64,000 nucleotides of DNA from Patescibacteria group bacterium (GTDB taxonomy: Bacteria > Patescibacteriota > Minisyncoccia > Phycocordibacterales > SBAW01), in the NCBI GenBank assembly GCA_016176685.1, contig JACOWS010000001.1, positions 11,577 through 75,576 of the forward strand. Reading direction: 5' to 3'. This document shows, piece by piece, positions 43,301 through 51,983 of the stretch. Position numbers and translations under genes: made by a program. The stretch's first letter is position 1, and each line of letters opens with the position of its first letter. The notes beneath the pieces are model-generated. The model ran no database searches and had not been told where the DNA came from. It saw only the letters and a list, made by a program, of their open reading frames with translations.

Positions 43301-43797
43301 TGGTGTAGTCTTTGCAGAGCCCACCAAACACTCTCGACGTAGGAGTTGTCCATTGTCTTGTAGGAGTTTTTGAAGTCAACCCAGCGGCCAACGCGGTCGA
43401 CATACTTTTCCCACTCGCGTTCGAACTCAAAGACAGAGTCGCGCGCCGCATCGTTAAAAGTGTCGACGCCTATTGCAAGAATATCTTTTTTGTTCTTGAG
43501 GCCGAGCTTTTTCTCGACCAAGTTTTCTATCGGCAGGCCATGGCAGTCCCATCCCCATCGCCGCGGCACGCGCCAACCGCGCATGGTTTTGTAACGCGGA
43601 ACAACATCTTTGATGATGGAGGAAAGCAGCGAGCCGTGGTGCGGGAGCCCCGTGGCAAACGGCGGCCCGTCGTAAAAGATAAAATCGCCTTTGGGCGCGG
43701 GCTTTTCAAGCGACTTTTCAAAAATCCGACTCTTTTGCCAGAAGGCCAAAACCTCCTCCTCGCGCTTGGCTGTTTCGCTTTTTTCTGTTTCGGACAT
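40327..43797 (-). CDS. ileS: Isoleucyl-tRNA synthetase (type-2-like) carrying an inserted histidine-phosphatase (PGAM-like) domain
   Basis: DGPPFATGLPHHGS (HIGH region), TTPWTLPGN editing-domain signature, NRFWASPLPIW, DLHRPYLDE, CWVESGTMP and KLSKSKGNYTDP (KMSKS) are all present. Residues ~503-690 (nt ~41728-42291) form an inserted RHG...SPLTRAQETA...DERLTEVQFGE...THG domain. Confidence 0.9.
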   Translation of the reverse strand: MSETEKSETAKREEEVLAFWQKSRIFEKSLEKPAPKGDFIFYDGPPFATGLPHHGSLLSSIIKDVVPRYKTMRGWRVPRRWGWDCHGLPIENLVEKKLGLKNKKDILAIGVDTFNDAARDSVFEFEREWEKYVDRVGRWVDFKNSYKTMDNSYVESVWWALQRLHHKKLLYEGRKVLLYCPHCETPLAKAEIAADNTYKDVTEEAVTVKLKVKNPKKYNLPDHTYLLAWTTTPWTLPGNVALAVGADIPYVLVEQNGEYLVVAKDRAATLQLLSQKSSGSPQTFAQEAATSLLGRQLVGAEYEPLFDVPALHSNKSYKVYAADFVNTEEGTGIVHTAVMYGEDDYALGQKEGLPMVQLLNPNGTYNDTAPALVRGEYIKKSEKAIKEDLERRLLLFKREHHTHSYPHCWRCGTALIYNAVASWFINIQKIKRRMLRENKKINWVPEHLKHGRFKNIIEGAPDWTISRNRFWASPLPIWKERGGSKLMVIGSVEELLSKAKKSGNHYVVMRHGGARSNADGFVNSSNDVENHLTAEGRAGVHSAARALLREKIDLIVASPLTRAQETAHIVRKELGLPESAVMTDERLTEVQFGEKDGAAIPEWEALFATLSDKFNTTVLHGENYLHVRRRVGEFLFEIERRYTNKRILIVTHGTPAWLMIEMAAHTPLVEVTQRTHDTPLRVGQWHPFSFIPYPHDKDFEVDLHRPYLDEMVLEDRNGRQYERIPEVVDCWVESGTMPTSSVGYPRDRSTVDPERWFGLFPKGYPADFIAEYIGQTRTWFYYMLAASVALFGKRSFNAVVSTGNLLAADGAKLSKSKGNYTDPLVLLGQFGADAYRFYLMGSVVMRSEDLQFRDEDVREVHNRVVGMLWNSYQFFELYKEQYDGTARAGESVHVLDRWIRSRVGETVQRVTAAFDAYNMPDACRALRACIDDYSTWYVRRSRERARQAPDDRDAQYTLAVQKEVLDTFARLTAPLMPFIAESIYRGVDGECESVHLANWPEALPIDQEVLADMSLIRSFSTVALKQREDAGIKIRQPLAKLSIMHDGPPLPQEFLDILADEINVKEIVFEQRKGPSETSFILDTNISQALKEEGMLRDLARRIQSWRKEKKLSIGDRPAYTLMVSTEEESVAQVHKATLMNETGLAELTIVVRESA

Positions 43798-43835
43798 ATT
43801 GAAAAACTATAACATCAGTAGTGTTTTTCCGCTCC

Positions 43836-45464
43836 TTACATTTCCTCGGGTGCCGGGATGCCGAGCACCCAAAGGCCCTTAGTGAGTGTTTGCTCCACCG
43901 CTCTAACCAAGTCAAGCGCGTGGTCGGCGACGGTACCATCCACAATAACGCGCTCGGCGGCGTACCAACTGTTAAACAAAGAGGCCAGCTCGGTAAGGTA
44001 GGTAACGACATAGTGCGGCTCCATCTCTTGCGCCGCGCGCGCCACTGCGGCGGGGAAATGTATTAGCAGACGCTCGAGTACATTCCGCTCTTGGAGCGGT
44101 AGAAGTCGGCGCTCCGGGCCGCTAGGCCAAGTCTTACCGACTTCTACCGCTCCAAGAGCTTCACTAGCACCAAGATTCTTTGCTTTGCGCAGGAGTGCGC
44201 GCGCCCGCACCAGCGCATACTGCACATACGGCCCCGAGTCGCCCGCAAGCGAAAGTGATCTTACCGGGTCAAAGATTATATCTTTACCGCTACTCGATTT
44301 AAGCACCGTGTACTTTATCGCTCCAACGGCGACGTCCTCACGCCCGCGCGCCGCTTTGGTCAAATCCTTAAGCAGAGACTCTCCCGTTATGACATTGCCC
44401 TTGCGAGAAGACATTTTTGAATCAGCAAATCGCATCATGCCGTGCGATATGTGCATAGTTTTAGCGGCGATACGTTTGAGCTCTGTAATATGCGCCGCGG
44501 CTGCAAGCACTACTTTAAAATACTCGCTTTGCTCGTTTGCCGTTATGCTTATGGAGGTATCAAGGTCAATGGCACTTTTGAGCTTCAATAACCCGAGCTC
44601 CTTGGCCTCGTATGTCGGCAATCCTTGTGAGGTCAAGAATACTCTGGTGTGCAATCCTTCTTCTTCTCCACGGAATACGCGCGCGCCATCGCTCTCCACA
44701 AACAGCTCTGGATTATCTGTAACAATCGCCGTACCGAGCGGTGTCGCCTCGCTTTCAAAAAAGTATGTATCAAACTTCGTACCAAGCATTTTGTACAGTG
44801 CTTCAAAATGCTCCAGTGAGGTTGTTCTGCCCTCGTCGTACAGCTTATTTATTTCTTCGTCGCTCTTTTCGTACACTTTTTTGTTTATCTCATCTATATC
44901 CTGTTTGTGCGTATCATACTGTTCGCTTCCGTACACATATGCCTCGCCCCAGTGGGCACTCGGTTTTTGCATCTTGCCCCACATTGCCTTCGCCACATGG
45001 AGCCCCACGTCGCCTTGGTAGTTGGCGCGCACCATTGCGGCGCCGGAGTACTCAAGCAACCGCGCAATGCTCTCGCCTATAGCATTGCTCATTAAGTGCC
45101 CTATGTGGAACTCTTTAAACGGATTGGGGTCGGTGTACTCGACCATTACTGTCTTACTTCCATATAGGGAAGTGCGTCCCCACAGAGGATCTGACGCGGC
45201 GCTTTTTACCTCCTTCTGTATTGCTTCGCGCGAGAGAAAGAAGTTTATAAACTTCCCCACCACCTCCACTTTTTCAACGCCATCTATGTTGAGCTTTGCC
45301 GCAAGATCATTCGCGTCCACCTTGGCCATGAGTGCGGCGTTGGTAGCGTAGTCGCCATGTCGCATGTCGCGCGGCCGCTCAACCACAAAAAATACATCCT
45401 CCGCCCCCAGTGTGGCCAGGGCCTCTCGCACCGCCTCCTCAATCTTCTCGCATACCATACGCAT
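43836..45464 (-). CDS. argS: Arginyl-tRNA synthetase
   Basis: N-terminal RPRDMRHGDYATNAALMAK, HIGH-like FHIGHLMSNAIG, and the DALR anticodon-binding domain at the C-terminus. Confidence 0.95.
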   Translation of the reverse strand: MRMVCEKIEEAVREALATLGAEDVFFVVERPRDMRHGDYATNAALMAKVDANDLAAKLNIDGVEKVEVVGKFINFFLSREAIQKEVKSAASDPLWGRTSLYGSKTVMVEYTDPNPFKEFHIGHLMSNAIGESIARLLEYSGAAMVRANYQGDVGLHVAKAMWGKMQKPSAHWGEAYVYGSEQYDTHKQDIDEINKKVYEKSDEEINKLYDEGRTTSLEHFEALYKMLGTKFDTYFFESEATPLGTAIVTDNPELFVESDGARVFRGEEEGLHTRVFLTSQGLPTYEAKELGLLKLKSAIDLDTSISITANEQSEYFKVVLAAAAHITELKRIAAKTMHISHGMMRFADSKMSSRKGNVITGESLLKDLTKAARGREDVAVGAIKYTVLKSSSGKDIIFDPVRSLSLAGDSGPYVQYALVRARALLRKAKNLGASEALGAVEVGKTWPSGPERRLLPLQERNVLERLLIHFPAAVARAAQEMEPHYVVTYLTELASLFNSWYAAERVIVDGTVADHALDLVRAVEQTLTKGLWVLGIPAPEEM

Positions 45465-45469
45465 TACAG

Positions 45470-45888
45470 TAGCAGAAGAGTTAACCTATAAAAAGTAGAA
45501 GGCCCCACCATTGTTGGACAAGGTGGGGCCGCGGATTTAAGGAGGAATCCGGAACCTCGGGGCCTGCTTGGGTTCAATGGGGCGGTTCAGCTTCTTGGTG
45601 AACCTTCACCCTACAAGCAAACCGGCCACCGCCGGGCAATCAGGTCCTGAAAGTGACCTGGCCGGCAGCGATCGACGTCGAATTGGCCTGGCCGGGCATG
45701 ACGAGGACATTGGATGCCGGCGACCTTGGCGATACGAACGAAAAAACGATTTTCAATACGCCGTTCACGGCGAACTCCCAAAGAGCTTGCGCATCGTACC
45801 CTCCTTTGGTTGGTTGATGCATAGAGCAATATATACCCCCGCTTTAAACTTGTCAACCTGTTGTACAGCTCCAGAAAGTGACCTGATT
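45470..45888 (-). ncRNA. Candidate structured non-coding RNA / leader upstream of argS (class undetermined)
   Basis: ~420 nt with no credible ORF. Dense GC-rich hairpins (GCCGGGCAATCAGGTCCTGAAAGTGACCTGGCCGGC, GCCGGGCATGACGAGGACATTGGATGCCGGC). The minus-strand end carries hairpin GGCCCCACC-TTGTCCAACAA-GGTGGGGCC followed by TTCTACTTTTTAT (intrinsic terminator, 45485-45530). Confidence 0.3.
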
Positions 45889-47007
45889 TTAAAGCGTTTT
45901 TGTCGAAAGTGTAGGTGGCATTTGGCTTTGTGTTACCGTAAAGGAAATGCGGCCTATGAGCACGCCGCTTCGCGTTTCTACATTGCAGCGCCAGCGTCCG
46001 GGGGTGATTGATGATTTTAAGCTAAAACCGCGATAGCCGCCCGTCCGCCCGCCGGATATGGCAAAGGAGACGCGCGAACGCTCCTGCCACGCACTCGCCG
46101 CCTCGTTGTATTGCTCCCATACGTGGATTACGGGAGTCTTGAGCCCTGTCGGCGCAAAAATGGATGAAAAGCAGTAGGCAGTTGGATTGCTTTTAAGCAA
46201 GGCGGAGGAGTCGAGCGTAAAAGTGCCCGACGTATCGTGCCAAAAGGCAAACCAGGCCGGGTTTTCATACGTCGCGGTGTAGTCGCTACCGGAGCGACTT
46301 ATCGAGTGGTACACGCCTACCGCCTTGAGCGACAACGGTACCGGAGGGATGATATTAAAAAAGTAGAGTGTGTTGAAAAAGATAAAAATCCCTACAACCA
46401 CCGCAGACACTTCTATAAACTGTCGGTCACGGGCACGACCTCGCAGTACGGTAAAATATATTAAATAGAGAAACCCCGCTATCAGTATCAGACTAAACAC
46501 CCCGCTTGCAACAAACACCCACACCCCGATCGAGTGCAGGATAAATGTTGGTACCGCAATGATAAGGTAGGTTAAGAGGAGTATATAGTAGACACCGATG
46601 TTGAAGCGCAGCGTTTCGTAACGGCTACGCAAAAACTCGTTTCCCACCAGCATGGCGCCCAAGAGTGCGATAAAAAGCGCACTGCCTACCAAAGTGCCGC
46701 TTCTACCATAGAGTACAAAGAGGTTGCTTGCTAAGCCGCCAAAACAAAACTGTAGCACAACAAGAAGGAAGAGCGGCGACGCTACAGACTCTGTGCCCGC
46801 TTGCCGGCGCACACGCAGGTTAAGCGCGATGATACATCCGCCGGCGACAATGAGGTACAAAAGGAGCAGTAAGTTGTTTTGTACACTGTCGGGGCGGTCG
46901 GCTATAATGAGGTCAAACACAAAACCGACCAGGAGTGCAACTGCGGCAAGACGCCGCTCCCACCTATTCCACAGTGATAGCCCGTGCTCGTATAGCGTCT
47001 GAAACAT
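45889..47007 (-). CDS. Hypothetical polytopic membrane protein with C-terminal extracytoplasmic domain
   Basis: ~7 TM helices in the first 230 aa, then a ~140-aa soluble domain. Confidence 0.55.
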   Translation of the reverse strand: MFQTLYEHGLSLWNRWERRLAAVALLVGFVFDLIIADRPDSVQNNLLLLLYLIVAGGCIIALNLRVRRQAGTESVASPLFLLVVLQFCFGGLASNLFVLYGRSGTLVGSALFIALLGAMLVGNEFLRSRYETLRFNIGVYYILLLTYLIIAVPTFILHSIGVWVFVASGVFSLILIAGFLYLIYFTVLRGRARDRQFIEVSAVVVGIFIFFNTLYFFNIIPPVPLSLKAVGVYHSISRSGSDYTATYENPAWFAFWHDTSGTFTLDSSALLKSNPTAYCFSSIFAPTGLKTPVIHVWEQYNEAASAWQERSRVSFAISGGRTGGYRGFSLKSSITPGRWRCNVETRSGVLIGRISFTVTQSQMPPTLSTKTL

Positions 47008-47172
47008 GATTCTATTGTACTAAAAATATCGCAGTCCAGCGGCTCGGTAAACTACACGGCTATGTTAATCCAACGCCACGTGCGCCCATGGCGCGGTATA
47101 GTCAAAGTGGCAAACCTATAACTCAACCGTAAAATCCCAAGTAACAAATAATCATCCCATAGGATGTCTACG

Positions 47173-47745
47173 CTATACCAATCCGAATAGAATCCGAAGG
47201 GGTTTGTCAAACTCGACTCTGTCCGCAATAACATACAGCACTTCTTTCCCTATTTTGAAATCGGTCTTTAGAAGCGTTATGAGATCTTCGCAATCATACG
47301 GATACACCCACACGCTGTCTTGAAGCCGTACAAAACCGAGCGATACCAGAGCTGCGCGAATCCTTGTCCTTACCGCTCTGCGCCGCTCGGGAATATCAAA
47401 CACCAACATGCGCCATTTGCCATCCCAGCGTTTCGGCTTCTTGGGCGCAAGCTTCCCCTCGCCCAGTAGCGCTGCATACCGCTCCCCTTTTGGCGTAAGC
47501 CAAGCTCTCTTCTTGCCACCTTCCTCTACAAGCGCAATATACCCGGCGGTAACAAGACGCGAGAACGAGGATTTTAGTTGGTATCTCCGCTGTTTTAGAT
47601 ATTTCGTGCGGCCCAAGGTGCCGAGCAGGTTTGGGACAAGCACTGCCAGAGCAATCCCGCCAGACACCGCCGCAGCAGAGATAATAGCCGAGTTGATCTT
47701 GCTCTTTCTTATTTGTACTTTTACCGACTTCTCTAGCACTCCCAT
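47173..47745 (-). CDS. PaaX-like protein: N-terminal wHTH plus C-terminal Cas2-like domain
   Basis: C-terminus WRMLVFDIPERRRAVRTRIRAALVSLGFVRLQDSVWVYP has the Cas2/PaaX_C beta-alpha-beta pattern with a conserved Asp. The N-terminal half has a hydrophobic helix and a wHTH-like LTPKGERY segment. Confidence 0.5.
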   Translation of the reverse strand: MGVLEKSVKVQIRKSKINSAIISAAAVSGGIALAVLVPNLLGTLGRTKYLKQRRYQLKSSFSRLVTAGYIALVEEGGKKRAWLTPKGERYAALLGEGKLAPKKPKRWDGKWRMLVFDIPERRRAVRTRIRAALVSLGFVRLQDSVWVYPYDCEDLITLLKTDFKIGKEVLYVIADRVEFDKPLRILFGLV

Positions 47746-47822
47746 AGGTATACTATAACACTCCTATAGGAAAATTGTAATGTACCTTCGAACTTTGAGC
47801 TACGTATTATATTGTCAAATTT

Positions 47823-49085
47823 CTATACGAACGAATCGGTAATTGGGTGGGCTTGGGCAAGTGCCTTAACCTCGCTGTTGATTGTGGTAAGTATGACCTT
47901 GTCGGCGCGGCCTTGGAGTGCCATGAGCATAAGCTCTGCCACGCGCGCGCTTTCTTTCTCTTTAAAACCGCGTGTGGTTATAGCCGGGGTGCCAAAACGG
48001 ATGCCGGAGGGGTCCATGGGGCTGCGCGTGTCGTTTGCAATGACATTTTTGTTGAGCGTAATGCCCGCGCGGTCCAAGACCTCCTCGGCCTCTTTCCCGG
48101 GGATGCCGAGCGAGCCAAACACGTCTGCAAGGATAAGGTGATTGCTGGTCCCGCCCGCTATCATCCGCACCTTGCCCGCACGGAACACTGCCTCCATCGC
48201 TTTGGCGTTTTTAAGAATCTGGGCGGTATACGTTTTGAAGTTTGGATGGAGTGCCTCGCCAAAGGCAACCGCCTTCGCCGCAATGACGTGCATCAAGGGT
48301 CCGCCTTGGAGCCCAGGAAACACCGCTTTATCTACCTTTTTTGCAATCTCTTCGCTCTCGCGAATGAGGATTAGCCCGCCGCGCGGCCCTCGCAGTGTTT
48401 TGTGTGTGGTTGAGGTCATCACGTCAAAGCCAAAGTCAAAGGGGTTTTTGGCCGCACCCCCGGCAATGAGCCCTGCGATGTGGGCGATATCTATCACGCT
48501 GTAGGCGCCGACCTCGCGGGCAATGTCGACAAACTTCTGGTAGTCGAGCTCGCGGCTATAGGCGGAGAAACCAGCGAGCACAATTTTTGGCTTGTGCTTT
48601 TTGGCGGTGGCACGCATCTCGTCGTAGTCTATTTCTCCTGTCTCAACATTTTTCATCTGATAGCGCACAAAATTGAAGAACTTGGTGATGTAGGTAACCG
48701 GGTGGCCGTGGGTCAGGTGCCCGCCGTGGGAAAGGTCCATGCCAAGCAGGGTGTCGCCGGGGTTAAGAAGCGCAAAGTACATCGCGATGTTGGCATTGGC
48801 CCCGGAGTGCGGTTGTACGTTGGCAAAGCGCGCGCCAAACAGTTTTTTAGCGCGCTCGATGGCGGCAACCTCGGCCATGTCGGTAAACGGCTGCCCGCCA
48901 TAGTAGCGCTTGCCCGGGTATCCTTCCGAGTACTTGTTGGTCAAAATAGAGCCCTGCGCCTCGCGCACTGCCTTACTCACGTAGTTTTCCGAAGGAATTA
49001 GTTCCAACCCGTCGCGCTCGCGCTCCTCCTCACCCCACAGCGCCGTGTACACCTCCTTGTCTTGTTTTTTTATAAAGTCGTACAT
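47823..49085 (-). CDS. glyA: Serine hydroxymethyltransferase
   Basis: LELIPSENYVS, GYPGKRYYGG, and PLP-lysine region TTHKTLRGPRGG. Confidence 0.95.
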   Translation of the reverse strand: MYDFIKKQDKEVYTALWGEEERERDGLELIPSENYVSKAVREAQGSILTNKYSEGYPGKRYYGGQPFTDMAEVAAIERAKKLFGARFANVQPHSGANANIAMYFALLNPGDTLLGMDLSHGGHLTHGHPVTYITKFFNFVRYQMKNVETGEIDYDEMRATAKKHKPKIVLAGFSAYSRELDYQKFVDIAREVGAYSVIDIAHIAGLIAGGAAKNPFDFGFDVMTSTTHKTLRGPRGGLILIRESEEIAKKVDKAVFPGLQGGPLMHVIAAKAVAFGEALHPNFKTYTAQILKNAKAMEAVFRAGKVRMIAGGTSNHLILADVFGSLGIPGKEAEEVLDRAGITLNKNVIANDTRSPMDPSGIRFGTPAITTRGFKEKESARVAELMLMALQGRADKVILTTINSEVKALAQAHPITDSFV

Positions 49086-49086
49086 A

Positions 49087-49704
49087 TTACAATACTGATG
49101 CTACTGCCTTTTTTACTTCCTGCCAAACCGCTTCCAGCGGCTGGTCGGCATTAATTATAAAATGTCGGCCAAGTTCGCCTATGTGTTTTTTATAACCGTC
49201 ATGCACCCGCTTATGGAATGTCAGTTGCTCAACATCAAAACGATTCATCCCTTCTGCACGGCGGCCCGCTCGCTTAATGCCAACCTGTGGAGTGACGTCA
49301 AGCAGTAAGTATACATCTGGAATATATTTTTCTACGATAAAAGTGCTCACGTCGCGCAAAAAAGGTAAATATTCTTGCCGCTCGCGGCCATATATTTGAT
49401 ACGCTATTGTGGAAAGTCCAAACCGGTTTGATACGACATTTTTTCCACTCGTTAATGCAGGAGCAATAACTTCTGCCATCAGTTGCGCTCGAGCAGCCAA
49501 AAACAGCAAGAGTTCCGACCGTACATCCATATCGGTAGACTCTTTTGCGAGCAGGAGTTCGCGTATATGCTCACCTATTTTGGTTCCACCGGGTTCGCGG
49601 GTATATACCACCTCCGGGTAAAGACTTTTTAAACGTTCGATGTGTGTATCCTTGCCGGAACCCTCTCCACCTTCAAATACAACGAATGTTCCCCTCTTGT
49701 CCAT
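49087..49704 (-). CDS. tmk: Thymidylate kinase
   Basis: FVVFEGGEGSGKDT P-loop, and REPGGT plus a DRF-like core. Confidence 0.9.
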   Translation of the reverse strand: MDKRGTFVVFEGGEGSGKDTHIERLKSLYPEVVYTREPGGTKIGEHIRELLLAKESTDMDVRSELLLFLAARAQLMAEVIAPALTSGKNVVSNRFGLSTIAYQIYGRERQEYLPFLRDVSTFIVEKYIPDVYLLLDVTPQVGIKRAGRRAEGMNRFDVEQLTFHKRVHDGYKKHIGELGRHFIINADQPLEAVWQEVKKAVASVL

Positions 49705-49751
49705 ATGGCTATGCTTTCCTCATATGCTACAGTATCAGAAACAAAAATCCT

Positions 49752-50429
49752 ATGGCATTTTCAGACAAGAAAATACTTGAAGCAATGAAAGAAGGTTCTA
49801 TCGTAATAGAGCCGTTTAGGAAGGAAAACCTCGCTACCTCAAGCTACGATGTCACGCTCGGTGAGCACTTTTTCCGCGAACAGCCGACCAAGTACAATCA
49901 CAGTCTCTACAATATATGGAGCAGAGCGCACATGGAGCACGTGTGGGGAGCTCATAAGGTCGAACGGGCAGTGCGGGCGAAGGAAGCATTCGCGAAATAT
50001 AATTTTGAGTGGGAAGGTATCAGCCGTAAGGACAGAGTGATAATTCTGCGCCCTGGTGAGACTATTCTTGCACACACCAACGAATTTATCGGTGGGCGCA
50101 GACACATCACCACCATGATGAAGGCACGCTCCTCCTTGGGTCGCAATTTTATCGAGGTATGCAAATGCGCTGGGTGGGGCGATGTGGGCTATATCAACCG
50201 CTGGACGATGGAGATAACCAACAACTCCAAAAATTACATTATTCCGCTTGTGGTCGGCCGCCGCATCGCGCAGATTATCTTTTTTGAAACAGGGCCGATC
50301 CTCAAGACCGACTACACCAAAAGCGGCAAATACCAGTCCACCGACTCCGTGGCCCAGCTCAAAAAGAGCTGGAAGCCCGACCTGATGCTTCCACGCCTCT
50401 ACCTTGACCGCGATATAAAAAAGAAATAG
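49752..50429 (+). CDS. dcd: dCTP deaminase (dUTPase-fold)
   Basis: Start set at MAFSDKKILEAMKEGSIVIEP. ILRPGETILAHTNEFIGGRRHITTMMKARSSLGRNFI...IPLVVGRRIAQIIFFE aligns with the Dcd core. The longer ORF-track N-terminus overlaps tmk and is rejected. Confidence 0.85.
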   Translation: MAFSDKKILEAMKEGSIVIEPFRKENLATSSYDVTLGEHFFREQPTKYNHSLYNIWSRAHMEHVWGAHKVERAVRAKEAFAKYNFEWEGISRKDRVIILRPGETILAHTNEFIGGRRHITTMMKARSSLGRNFIEVCKCAGWGDVGYINRWTMEITNNSKNYIIPLVVGRRIAQIIFFETGPILKTDYTKSGKYQSTDSVAQLKKSWKPDLMLPRLYLDRDIKKK

Positions 50430-50466
50430 AGTTCGAATAGTTGTTCTACATATAAGGATCACGCGC

Positions 50467-51294
50467 ATGCAGACCTACAACGATGTACTCGACAGGATAA
50501 TGAGAGAGGGTATCGACCGCGTTGGCCGCAATGCCACCACTCGCGCTCTTTTTGCCATACAAATGCGCTTCAAGATGTCGGACGGCTTTCCCGCTGTCAC
50601 CACTAAAAAGCTCGCGTTTAAGGCTATGAAGGCGGAGTTGTTGTGGTTTCTTGAAGGCAGTGGTGACGACAACCGGCTTAAGGAAATCACCGGTACGGAA
50701 AAAACTATTTGGACCGACAACGCGCGGGCCGACTACTGGAAACCAAAAGCAAAATTTGACGGCGACCTTGGTCGTATCTATGGCGTACAGTGGCGTAGTT
50801 GGCAAGGGCCGGGCGGCAAAAAAGTCGACCAAATAAAAGAGGCCGTCGACAAGATAAAAAATAACCCCGCTGACCGTCGTATTATCGTCACTGCCTGGAA
50901 CCCGGGCGAGATCGACCAAATGGCCCTGCCTCCTTGCCATATGCTTTTTCAATTCTTCGTTGCGGACGGAAAGCTTTCCCTCCACATGATCCAGCGCAGC
51001 TGCGACATGTTCTTGGGTGTGCCGTTTAACATCGCCTCTTACTCTCTCTTGCTCCACATGATGGCACAGGTAACGGGCACGGTTGCAGAAGAGTGCATAA
51101 TTACCTTCAACGATGCGCATATATACCACGAGCACTTCGACGCGGTGAAGGAGCAGCTTTCTCGTAAGCCTATGCCTCTACCGCAATTGTGGCTCAACCA
51201 GGAGGTTAAAGACATCGATACATTCAAGATGGATGACATCCGGCTCGAGTACTACCAAAGCTACCCTGCCATCCCTGCAAAAATGATCGTCTAG
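50467..51294 (+). CDS. thyA: Thymidylate synthase (ThyA, folate-dependent)
   Basis: Catalytic Cys in LPPCHMLFQFFV, with RRIIVTAWNPGE and DMFLGVPFNIASYSLL. Confidence 0.95.
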   Translation: MQTYNDVLDRIMREGIDRVGRNATTRALFAIQMRFKMSDGFPAVTTKKLAFKAMKAELLWFLEGSGDDNRLKEITGTEKTIWTDNARADYWKPKAKFDGDLGRIYGVQWRSWQGPGGKKVDQIKEAVDKIKNNPADRRIIVTAWNPGEIDQMALPPCHMLFQFFVADGKLSLHMIQRSCDMFLGVPFNIASYSLLLHMMAQVTGTVAEECIITFNDAHIYHEHFDAVKEQLSRKPMPLPQLWLNQEVKDIDTFKMDDIRLEYYQSYPAIPAKMIV

Positions 51295-51296
51295 AT

Positions 51297-51806
51297 ATGG
51301 CAAGAGCAAAGGTAAGTATCGTCGTAGCGCTCGGGAAAGACCGCGGCATCGGCAAAGACGGGCAGCTGCTGTGGCACATACCCGAGGACCTCAAGCGCTT
51401 CAAACTGCTCACTATGGGCCATCCGGTGATAATGGGCAGGAAGACGTTTGAGTCTATTGTCGCCGTACTTGGCAAAGCGCTTCCCGGACGTACTAACATA
51501 GTTGTTACACGCTCCTCGACTCTGCTCGGAGTGGACGATCCAAACGTAGTTATTGTTCATTCGTTAGAAGAAGCGATACAAAAAGCGAGTGAGGTTGACC
51601 AAAAAGAGATTTTTGTCGTCGGCGGCGCACAAATTTACGAGCAAGCTCTACCGCTGGCCTACAAAATGTATCTAACGCTCGTGGACGACGAGAAGGAGAG
51701 TGACGCCTACTTCCCTCCCTATGAGCATCTGTTTACCAAAAAACTCTCGGAAGAAATCCGAGAGCATGATGGACTTAGATATAGGTGGATTGATTTGGAG
51801 ACATAA
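51297..51806 (+). CDS. folA: Dihydrofolate reductase
   Basis: IVVALGKDRGIGKDGQLLWHIPEDLKRFK, GRKTFESI, VVGGAQIY. Confidence 0.9.
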   Translation: MARAKVSIVVALGKDRGIGKDGQLLWHIPEDLKRFKLLTMGHPVIMGRKTFESIVAVLGKALPGRTNIVVTRSSTLLGVDDPNVVIVHSLEEAIQKASEVDQKEIFVVGGAQIYEQALPLAYKMYLTLVDDEKESDAYFPPYEHLFTKKLSEEIREHDGLRYRWIDLET

Positions 51807-51934
51807 AACTGCTTTACTAAGTCCTGAAAGGAGTAGCACACATGTCCAGGCGCAAAAAACTACAGCTGTGGTGGAAGTTCGAATTCATGAACTTTTGGCA
51901 TGGCATTCTGGGTTTCTGAACCCGAAACGAACAC

Positions 51935-51973
51935 GTCCGCGCCGAGTAAATCGGCGCGGACGAATTTCTTTTA
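51935..51973 (+). terminator. Intrinsic terminator downstream of folA
   Basis: GTCCGCGCCGA-GTAAA-TCGGCGCGGAC followed by GAATTTCTTTT. Confidence 0.7.
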
Positions 51974-51983
51974 GAATTTAGCT

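Noticed and set aside
45470-45888. Identification of the structured region as tmRNA, RNase P RNA, SRP RNA, T-box or ZTP riboswitch
   Set aside because: No tag reading frame ending ...A-A-stop. Only a partial CR-I-like stretch and no CR-II/CR-IV at correct spacing. No GGAA-tetraloop SRP domain IV. No T-box (GGGTGGNACCGCG). Left as unclassified.
45568-46011. 147-aa plus-strand ORF spanning the argS-upstream structured region
   Set aside because: No Shine-Dalgarno. Arg/Cys/Gly-rich composition typical of GC-rich non-coding DNA. Overlaps dense hairpins and the start of the minus-strand membrane-protein gene.
47008-47822. CRISPR array near the Cas2-like gene
   Set aside because: No regularly spaced direct repeats are visible on either side of 47173..47745.
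49545-49751. 69-aa N-terminal extension of dcd overlapping tmk on the opposite strand
   Set aside because: The extension has no similarity to Dcd and is antisense to tmk. The canonical Dcd start MAFSDKKILE at 49752 fits the alignment.
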